A stretch of 64,000 bases of DNA from Bacteroidaceae bacterium (GTDB taxonomy: Bacteria; Bacteroidota; Bacteroidia; Bacteroidales; Bacteroidaceae). The notes beneath the pieces are model-generated. The model searched no databases. It was not told where the DNA came from and was given only the letters and a program-made list of their open reading frames with translations. A program made the translations under genes and the position numbers. The stretch lies in NCBI GenBank assembly GCA_963668535.1, contig OY764867.1:839111-903110 (forward strand), given 5' to 3'. Shown one piece after another: positions 55,676 through 64,000 of the stretch. Position 1 is the first letter of the stretch; each line of letters begins with the position of its first letter.

Positions 55676-57145
55676 ATGATAGACGTTACGACCAAAATAC
55701 ATGACCAGTACTCTGTAGAGTTTAAAGTGAGCTACCGCCCAGATAGTCCACAGAAGAAGCATGAATTTTCTTTGCAAAGTTGGTACTTTATCCCCAACAG
55801 TCTAGACATCAATGCAGCTAACTATGGGCCAACTCAGTTTTACAAGGATGTCAAATCCAATATACGTCTTGTAATTCCGGTATCAACGATTCAACAACTC
55901 ACAGACAGACAAGCCAATCCCTATAAGAAGTTACACACTCATATTCAAGCGTATCTCAATCAACCTACGTCTGCTCATCTTGATAAGGTCGAATATCATA
56001 GTAAGATGTTAGTTGCTATAGCTAAAAGTGCCTTGCGGGATGCAGTAGCCCAACTTAATGACAACAAGACACAAATCACTCATATCGAACGAATTATCCA
56101 CGACTACGCCACATATGTTCCCGAAATGGTCAATCGAGTGCGAGAAATCTTAACCACAAGTGCTGAGACATCGCAGTATATTGCAGCATTTGAGGAATTG
56201 GGAGAAAAAAATCCACTTCGCTTGGTGGATGAATATCTGAGTAAAGTTATTGAGATATACACTTTTCGTGTCATCAAGATAGCAAAGAGTCACGCCTTAT
56301 CTGATGAAAACCTACTGAGCATACTAGTACACGAGAAGACTTATGCAGAATCGCACCAATTCACCTACGCCCAACCCGACACTCCGAAAAATAATCAGGA
56401 GCTGGTCGCTAGATATAGCCTACTAAAGAAATATGTAGAAAAGATCCTCTATATCCGACTACAGAAAAAAGAAGATGGTTATGCCATTAGTCAAGTCTTT
56501 TTTAGCATAGCCGCAGGAATAGCGATGGTTTTTGCTACCATCATTGCCTTTGCTATAGCTTGGCGTTATGGCAATGCTTCACTTCCTTTATTTTTAGCTC
56601 TGATTGTGAGTTATATGCTTAAAGATCGCATCAAAGAACTCATGCGTTATTATTTCGCTGGCAAGATACATCAACACTTCTATGACTTTAAAGCTAAAAT
56701 TCACATTGGTGCTAAGCGTGTAGGCGTCATACGTGAAGGCATGCTCTTTGTCAAAGACAAACATATTCCTAAGGAGATCCTAACGATGCGTAATCGTACT
56801 GGTTTACTAGAGATGGAAAATGTGATCAACAATGAGAAAATTATTGCTTATCGCACACATGTAAGTTTGGATAATAAGAAATTTAAGCAGTTGCATTCCT
56901 ATCAAAAAGCTGGTATACACGATATATTCAGATTGTATCTGCATCGATTTACTCACAAAATGGACAATCCAGAAGTACGTCTACAGACTCTAGACAAAAA
57001 TAATCACATGGTATCTATCAAAGCACAAAGACGGTACTATATACACGTCATAATGCGGCTAGTTTATAACGAAGAAGTTAGCTACAAACACCTTGTTTTG
57101 GTCATGACTAGAAAGGGGATTGTAGAAGTCAGCGAACACTCGTGA
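55676..57145 (+). CDS. hypothetical protein with a central two-helix membrane hairpin
   Basis: 489 aa. A helical N-terminal region of about 265 aa, TM pair VFFSIAAGIAMVFATIIAFAIAW / LPLFLALIVSYML, and a C-terminal region of about 170 aa. I recognise no family. Confidence 0.75.
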   Translation: MIDVTTKIHDQYSVEFKVSYRPDSPQKKHEFSLQSWYFIPNSLDINAANYGPTQFYKDVKSNIRLVIPVSTIQQLTDRQANPYKKLHTHIQAYLNQPTSAHLDKVEYHSKMLVAIAKSALRDAVAQLNDNKTQITHIERIIHDYATYVPEMVNRVREILTTSAETSQYIAAFEELGEKNPLRLVDEYLSKVIEIYTFRVIKIAKSHALSDENLLSILVHEKTYAESHQFTYAQPDTPKNNQELVARYSLLKKYVEKILYIRLQKKEDGYAISQVFFSIAAGIAMVFATIIAFAIAWRYGNASLPLFLALIVSYMLKDRIKELMRYYFAGKIHQHFYDFKAKIHIGAKRVGVIREGMLFVKDKHIPKEILTMRNRTGLLEMENVINNEKIIAYRTHVSLDNKKFKQLHSYQKAGIHDIFRLYLHRFTHKMDNPEVRLQTLDKNNHMVSIKAQRRYYIHVIMRLVYNEEVSYKHLVLVMTRKGIVEVSEHS

Positions 57146-57219
57146 GGGGTTGGCATGACTAAACACTTTGAATAGTCTCCCGAATAAATAATCCTGATAA
57201 AAATAGAGGTATATACATT

Positions 57220-57256
57220 GAAGGAGCCTCTTCCCAATAGAGGAATGGCTCCTTCT
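57220..57256. terminator. bidirectional hairpin between the orphan ORF and the serpin gene
   Basis: Stem GAAGGAGCC / GGCTCCTTC. Confidence 0.6.
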
Positions 57257-57280
57257 TCACTTATCAATCAGGCTATCTCA

Positions 57281-58546
57281 CTAGATAGTATTTTTTAGGC
57301 CTATAAAATAGATGCATCCAGTACTGTTTTCTTTAATCATATACAAAAACGGCCTATCTACGGTAAAGATAATGGGCGGTGGAGGCAAGGAAGTCTTTTC
57401 TAAACCACCGATAGTTACAGCCGCTGCTTCTGTTCCAACTTCATCTAGTTTGAGATAGGTCTTTTGTTTCAATAAAGACAAAAATGTACCTTGCTCACTT
57501 ACATTAGAGAAATCAGCTTTTGCTGGATTAAATGCATCCGCAATACCAAGCTTGGTCATTGCTGGAATCAAGTTCATCTCACTTTTTGTTTCAAACTTAG
57601 GCAAAGTCAGTTGTATGTCATGCCTATATTTTTTAGCATATAAGTTATGCCAACTGCTTTCGTCCAATGTCGCAAGAGCTTCTAGAGGAGTCTGATTATT
57701 TTTAGGCAACATCACAACCATTGAGAAAGCTTTATTGCCATAAGGTAACTCTACCCCTACAAAATGGTCGTTTTCAAAATAATCAAATGATGCTTTCAAA
57801 TACATCATATCTACTTGCTGAGTGGCTCCGCTACTAGACGTAAATGTTTTCTGAGCAGTATCTTCTGGATCAAATGGCTGCGACCAATCTCCCTTAAAAT
57901 AGATAGCATTCAGCAATACCACCACCATGCTAGGATCCAATTCTTTAATGATTTCTGGTATTTTGCCTTCTGTATGGTCATTACACCAACTATTGATCAT
58001 ACCCACTGGATCTTGTGCAAAGTCTAGCACACCTATTTCAGAATCATACATCTTCTGAGCAGTCTCTATAAAAGTAGGATAGACCGAAAAATGCTTCTCA
58101 ATATACAAGGCGTTAGCGATAGACAATGTGACTTGTGGATCCAACGTCGCTGCTGCAGTGAGCATCTTACGGTAATAAGCATTCACTTCGTCGGAAGTAC
58201 AGTGCACAAAACCGAGTGTATTGATAATCTGACTTTGCGTTTCTCCCGACGCTCCGTTTTGTAGCATGCCCATCAACATGCTTAAACTAAGGGGTGAGAA
58301 AAGCACATCGTCATTCTCTTCACCAAGCATGCTTAAAGCTTGAAAAGCAAACGTATTGGTGGAAGTCACAAGGGCTTCTTCATCTTTTGTGAGCACAACA
58401 TCTTTCCGTTCAGATGACTCATGTACAGAATCATTGTTACTACTTGCACACGAGGCTGACGTAATAGATGCAGAGAACAGAATTGCCAATAACGAAGCAT
58501 TGAACAAAACGTTCCGAGATTTCAATAAAATGGATGTTCGTTTCAT
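57281..58546 (-). CDS. serpin-family protease inhibitor (secreted, possibly a lipoprotein)
   Basis: Hinge EVGTEAAAVT and C-terminal FTVDRPFLYMIKE...IYFIGLKN. Signal peptide with Cys (ITSASC). Confidence 0.9.
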   Translation of the reverse strand: MKRTSILLKSRNVLFNASLLAILFSASITSASCASSNNDSVHESSERKDVVLTKDEEALVTSTNTFAFQALSMLGEENDDVLFSPLSLSMLMGMLQNGASGETQSQIINTLGFVHCTSDEVNAYYRKMLTAAATLDPQVTLSIANALYIEKHFSVYPTFIETAQKMYDSEIGVLDFAQDPVGMINSWCNDHTEGKIPEIIKELDPSMVVVLLNAIYFKGDWSQPFDPEDTAQKTFTSSSGATQQVDMMYLKASFDYFENDHFVGVELPYGNKAFSMVVMLPKNNQTPLEALATLDESSWHNLYAKKYRHDIQLTLPKFETKSEMNLIPAMTKLGIADAFNPAKADFSNVSEQGTFLSLLKQKTYLKLDEVGTEAAAVTIGGLEKTSLPPPPIIFTVDRPFLYMIKENSTGCIYFIGLKNTI

Positions 58547-58589
58547 GTGTCTAAGTTTTATGGTTTCTATACGTAAAGGTAATACTTTT

Positions 58590-58597
58590 CAAACTTA
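58590..58597 (-). promoter_or_regulatory. -7 box TAAGTTTG (minus strand)
   Basis: 44 nt upstream of the serpin ATG. Confidence 0.4.
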
Positions 58598-58755
58598 AAT
58601 ACTGCATGTAAAAGTATAAAAAACAGGTTCTAGACTTAAAAAGCACCTTAATCTGGAGAGAAAAAAAGTGATTTAACATACTGTATGCCAGTATATTACA
58701 CAGTAAAACGACCTTAAATATACTTTCATCGCTTTGCTGATGTCATTTGTTACAC

Positions 58756-58763
58756 TACTTTTG
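58756..58763 (+). promoter_or_regulatory. -7 box TACTTTTG
   Basis: 30 nt upstream of the GH97 ATG. Confidence 0.45.
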
Positions 58764-58780
58764 TCTGCATAATGTATTAA

Positions 58781-60901
<2,121 letters not shown>

Positions 60902-60934
60902 TTTATCATACATATCTAAAACCATTGTTTTTTC

Positions 60935-60967
60935 AAGAGCATATCTGAAAAGGTATGCTCTTTTTTG
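60935..60967 (+). terminator. intrinsic terminator after GH97
   Basis: Stem AAGAGCATA / TATGCTCTT followed by TTTTG. Confidence 0.75.
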
Positions 60968-60986
60968 ACATTATGGGTAGAAACGT

Positions 60987-60994
60987 TATCTTTG
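60987..60994 (+). promoter_or_regulatory. -7 box TATCTTTG
   Basis: 48 nt upstream of the DUF6377-like regulator gene. Confidence 0.45.
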
Positions 60995-61041
60995 CGGTAT
61001 AACCTATTATTCTACAATACTAATTTACATTAACTAATTCC

Positions 61042-62661
61042 ATGCGTACTACTTATTTGTTAATATGTCTCGTCAGCATATGTCTTGAATCATGCCATCA
61101 AGATGTACAAAAAACACCCAGTATCGTATCTCAAGAAACACGTGATTCCATATTGCATGTACTTGACAACACTTTGGCGAATGTGCCTAAATACTTGCAT
61201 GTCAAATACTCACGTATTGCAGCATTGCAAGATTCATTACAACTTATCGACAGCGATTCAGAACGATTCAAACTATATACTCATTTGTATAATGAATATA
61301 TCTTTTTTCGTTCAGACTCGGCGTACTATTATGCGCAAAAATGTTCAGGGTTGGCCCAATCACTCAATACTGATTTGCAACACTTAGCTCTATTAGATCT
61401 GATGCAATATTGTGTCAACACAGGACTTTTCAAAGAGGCCTATGATATACACGCTCGTATAAATCCGAATGTATTGGACACCATTCAACTCAAAAAATAC
61501 TATTTAATGTCACAACGTATGGCTTCTGATATGGCTAGTCACAGTAAAGATACTCCATACGTTTATTCCTATATAAAACAACAAAATGCCTACAGTGATT
61601 CAGCTCAGAGACTGATGCCTAATACGAGCTTTAGTTTGGATATTACTCCAACCAAAACGAATTACAAAGCAGAAGTTGAAAGGTTGTATAGACTACTTAA
61701 AGATCCCGATTGCTCACTACACGAACAAGCTAGAATACATTCTATATTAGGACATTTCTACCGTGATAAAGGGGATGTATATACGGCACAGTATCATTAT
61801 GCGTCTTCAGCTATAAGGGATCTTCAAACATCCACTACTGAGACAACAGCAATGAAAGACTTGGCCATATCCCTCTTTCATGACGGCAAATATAATCGAG
61901 CTAATGTATATATACACAAAGCATTGGATGATGCTAATTTTTACAATTCTCGCCATCGAAAGTTAGAGGTACAACAAGTACTTCCTCTTATTGATGCTTA
62001 TCATATCAAAAGTATTGAGGGAGACAGAAAGGCATTGGCTATTTTTCTTATTGTTAGTTTCGTATTATGCTTGGCCTTACTCGCATCTCTGTGGATGAAT
62101 TTCAAAAAAAGGAAATGCTTACGTCAACAAAACACTCAAATCAGTGATCAGCTACACAAAATCAGTTACATCAACAAGCAGTTGGTTGAAACGACTGAAA
62201 TAAAAAACGCGTTTATTATTCAAACATTATATAGTAAAATTGAATATCTAGAACATGTTGAAGAAATCATTCGTAAAATGGAACGTTATGTCAAGACTAA
62301 ACAATACCAAAACCTTAGATTCTTGCGTAAAGAATTTGATTTAAAACAGAACCGAGAAGAGGTACACGATGCTTTTGATGAGACATTTCTTAGGTTGTTC
62401 CCTGATTTTGTAGAACAATTCAATCAATTGTTTGCTCCTAAAGATGCTTTCTCGTTAACTCCAGAAGGTAATCTAACCCCTGAATTGCGTATTTGTGCAT
62501 TGATGAGACTTGGTATCACAGACTCGAAGCGTATTTCGACCTTTCTATCTTTAAACATCAATACAATTTATGTCTATAGAGCAAAGATTAAGGCAAAAAG
62601 CTTAGTCTCCAAAGAAGATTTTGAACAGAAACTAACTGATATTATCCTACAGAAGACTTAA
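61042..62661 (+). CDS. DUF6377-type membrane-anchored transcriptional regulator (TPR-like sensor + C-terminal HTH)
   Basis: Helical-repeat N-terminal half, one TM helix (LAIFLIVSFVLCLALLASLWM), and a C-terminal LTPELRICALMRLGITDSKRISTFLSLNINTIYVYRAKIK HTH. Confidence 0.8.
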   Translation: MRTTYLLICLVSICLESCHQDVQKTPSIVSQETRDSILHVLDNTLANVPKYLHVKYSRIAALQDSLQLIDSDSERFKLYTHLYNEYIFFRSDSAYYYAQKCSGLAQSLNTDLQHLALLDLMQYCVNTGLFKEAYDIHARINPNVLDTIQLKKYYLMSQRMASDMASHSKDTPYVYSYIKQQNAYSDSAQRLMPNTSFSLDITPTKTNYKAEVERLYRLLKDPDCSLHEQARIHSILGHFYRDKGDVYTAQYHYASSAIRDLQTSTTETTAMKDLAISLFHDGKYNRANVYIHKALDDANFYNSRHRKLEVQQVLPLIDAYHIKSIEGDRKALAIFLIVSFVLCLALLASLWMNFKKRKCLRQQNTQISDQLHKISYINKQLVETTEIKNAFIIQTLYSKIEYLEHVEEIIRKMERYVKTKQYQNLRFLRKEFDLKQNREEVHDAFDETFLRLFPDFVEQFNQLFAPKDAFSLTPEGNLTPELRICALMRLGITDSKRISTFLSLNINTIYVYRAKIKAKSLVSKEDFEQKLTDIILQKT

Positions 62662-62777
62662 AACGACCTTAATAAGCGACTAATAAAACATAACAAAACA
62701 CACTGTCATTCAGACGATTTTAAAAAAAATACATCTTAATCTATTTTATGTTGCTTTGCAGCTTATTACAAAACAAA

Positions 62778-62785
62778 TATTTTTG
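62778..62785 (+). promoter_or_regulatory. -7 box TATTTTTG
   Basis: 78 nt upstream of the SusC-like ATG. Confidence 0.45.
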
Positions 62786-62862
62786 TGGGGCACATGAAAG
62801 ACACAGTTTATGTGTGCTATTAACCAGATGTAATTTATATTGTTAACTTAAAATCGTACTGA

Positions 62863-64000
62863 ATGAAACAATTTCGTTTTTACGGTATGAGAACTTGGTG
62901 CTTGCTTATAAGCTTAGTTCTCACACTTAGTGCTTATGCACAAGAAATTATCGTGACAGGTCAAGTGAAAGATGTATCAGGTGAACCTATCATAGGTGCC
63001 AACATCTTAGTCAAAGAAACGTCAACAGGTACTATAACTGACTTTGATGGTCGTTATAGTGTAAAAGCCGAGAAAGGGCGCACATTAGTGTTTAAATACG
63101 TTGGGTATAAAACACAAGAAATCGTTGTCAACCAATCGACTATTAATGTAACAATGCATGAAGATGCAGTGCTCGTCGAAGATGTAGTGGTCGTGGGGTA
63201 TGCAACAGGTAGCGAACGTACTATTTCTGGTGCAGTTCAAAAAGTGGGCAAGGAAGATATGAACAGTGGCATTGTTAGTTCTCCTCTTCAAGCTCTTAAA
63301 GGTAAAGTAGCTGGGGTCAATATCCAAAAAACAGGTGGTGACCCTACATCAACTCCTTCTATCCGTGTGCGTGGGACCACTTCGCTAACTGGTGGTAATG
63401 ATCCACTAGTCATTATTGATGGAGTGTTTGGAGACTTGGCCATGTTGAATGCCATAGCACCTTCTGACATTGAAACATTCACTATTCTAAAAGATGCTTC
63501 TGAAACAGCTCAATATGGTTCACGAGGTGCTTCTGGTGTAATTGTTGTAACGACTCAAAAGGGACAAAACGGTGTGAGTTCTATATCATATGATGGTACA
63601 TATGGCGTAGAAACAGTCTATGACAACTTGGATATGCTAAGTGCGAATGAATTCCGCGCAATGAAAACAAAAGGTTATCCGAATTTACTAGACTTCGACC
63701 CAGATGCCAACACGAATTTTATCAAAGAAATGCAACGTACTGGTTTTACTCAAAACCATCGTCTATCTTTCTCAAATGGTAATCAAACGGGCAACTATCG
63801 TGCTTCTATTGGAATGATTGACCAAACAGGTATCATTAAAAACAATAGTATGCGCAACTACACAGCCAAGTTGGATGCTATGCAATACAAATTTAACAAC
63901 AAGTTGAAGTTAGAATTTGGTATGTTTGCTTCTTTGAAGAAAAACAAATATGTCAATGACTACGAAAAGACTTTCTATTCAGCTGCATCCTACAATCCTA
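62863..64000 (+). CDS. SusC/RagA-family TonB-linked outer-membrane protein (5' partial, runs off the window)
   Basis: My translation gives MKQFRFYGMRTWCLL...AYAQEIIVTGQVKDVSGEPIIGANILVKETSTGTITDFDGRYSV (CarboxypepD_reg), DVVVVGY (TonB box) and IRVRGTTSL..DPLVIIDGV (plug). It is absent from the ORF track because no stop occurs in the window. Confidence 0.92.
   Translation, partial: MKQFRFYGMRTWCLLISLVLTLSAYAQEIIVTGQVKDVSGEPIIGANILVKETSTGTITDFDGRYSVKAEKGRTLVFKYVGYKTQEIVVNQSTINVTMHEDAVLVEDVVVVGYATGSERTISGAVQKVGKEDMNSGIVSSPLQALKGKVAGVNIQKTGGDPTSTPSIRVRGTTSLTGGNDPLVIIDGVFGDLAMLNAIAPSDIETFTILKDASETAQYGSRGASGVIVVTTQKGQNGVSSISYDGTYGVETVYDNLDMLSANEFRAMKTKGYPNLLDFDPDANTNFIKEMQRTGFTQNHRLSFSNGNQTGNYRASIGMIDQTGIIKNNSMRNYTAKLDAMQYKFNNKLKLEFGMFASLKKNKYVNDYEKTFYSAASYNP

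Overview
This is a chromosomal window from a low-GC Bacteroidota genome of Bacteroidales type. The assignment rests on many TAnnTTTG -7 promoter boxes, a SusC/DUF6377/GH97 locus, S46 dipeptidyl-peptidases and M56-TonB fusions. I can support about 50 protein genes and 3 tRNAs: a tandem tRNA-Lys(UUU) pair and tRNA-Leu(CAA).

Housekeeping genes: tdk, ldhA-like, glmS, rfbB, mdh, ilvE, trmB, mrp, folA, ruvC, pnp, greA, manC.
Secreted proteolysis genes: a C1 peptidase, a DPP7-type plus DPP11-type S46 pair, an M64 peptidase and a serpin.
Redox genes: oxyR and three thioredoxin-fold genes.
Alpha-glucan utilisation genes: pullulanase, GH97, a DUF6377 regulator and the start of a SusC gene.
Export operon: HlyD-FtsX-FtsX-ABC-TolC followed by a sigma-54-type response regulator and a histidine kinase.

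I found no CRISPR array, no intact mobile element and no recognisable defence system, so most of the window is ordinary core genome. The items most worth a second look are:
(1) two perfect OxyR-consensus 15-mers with unusual 17-bp spacing in the oxyR leader;
(2) a monocistronic gene for an extremely Lys-rich (about 27% Lys+Arg) signal-anchored protein next to a BlaI/M56-TonB pair;
(3) an orphan 489-aa protein with a central two-helix membrane hairpin, preceded by three contiguous 22-bp palindromic repeats;
(4) a ComEA-like HhH domain fused to a predicted outer-membrane beta-barrel;
(5) the exporter operon, with a sigma-54-like promoter and an upstream palindrome;
(6) a terminator-like hairpin inside the greA leader;
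(7) a GC-rich decayed mobilizable-element remnant beside the duplicated tRNA-Lys, carrying a Toprim-only primase fragment and a phased palindrome triplet.

All functional calls come from motif recognition by eye. No database search was run.
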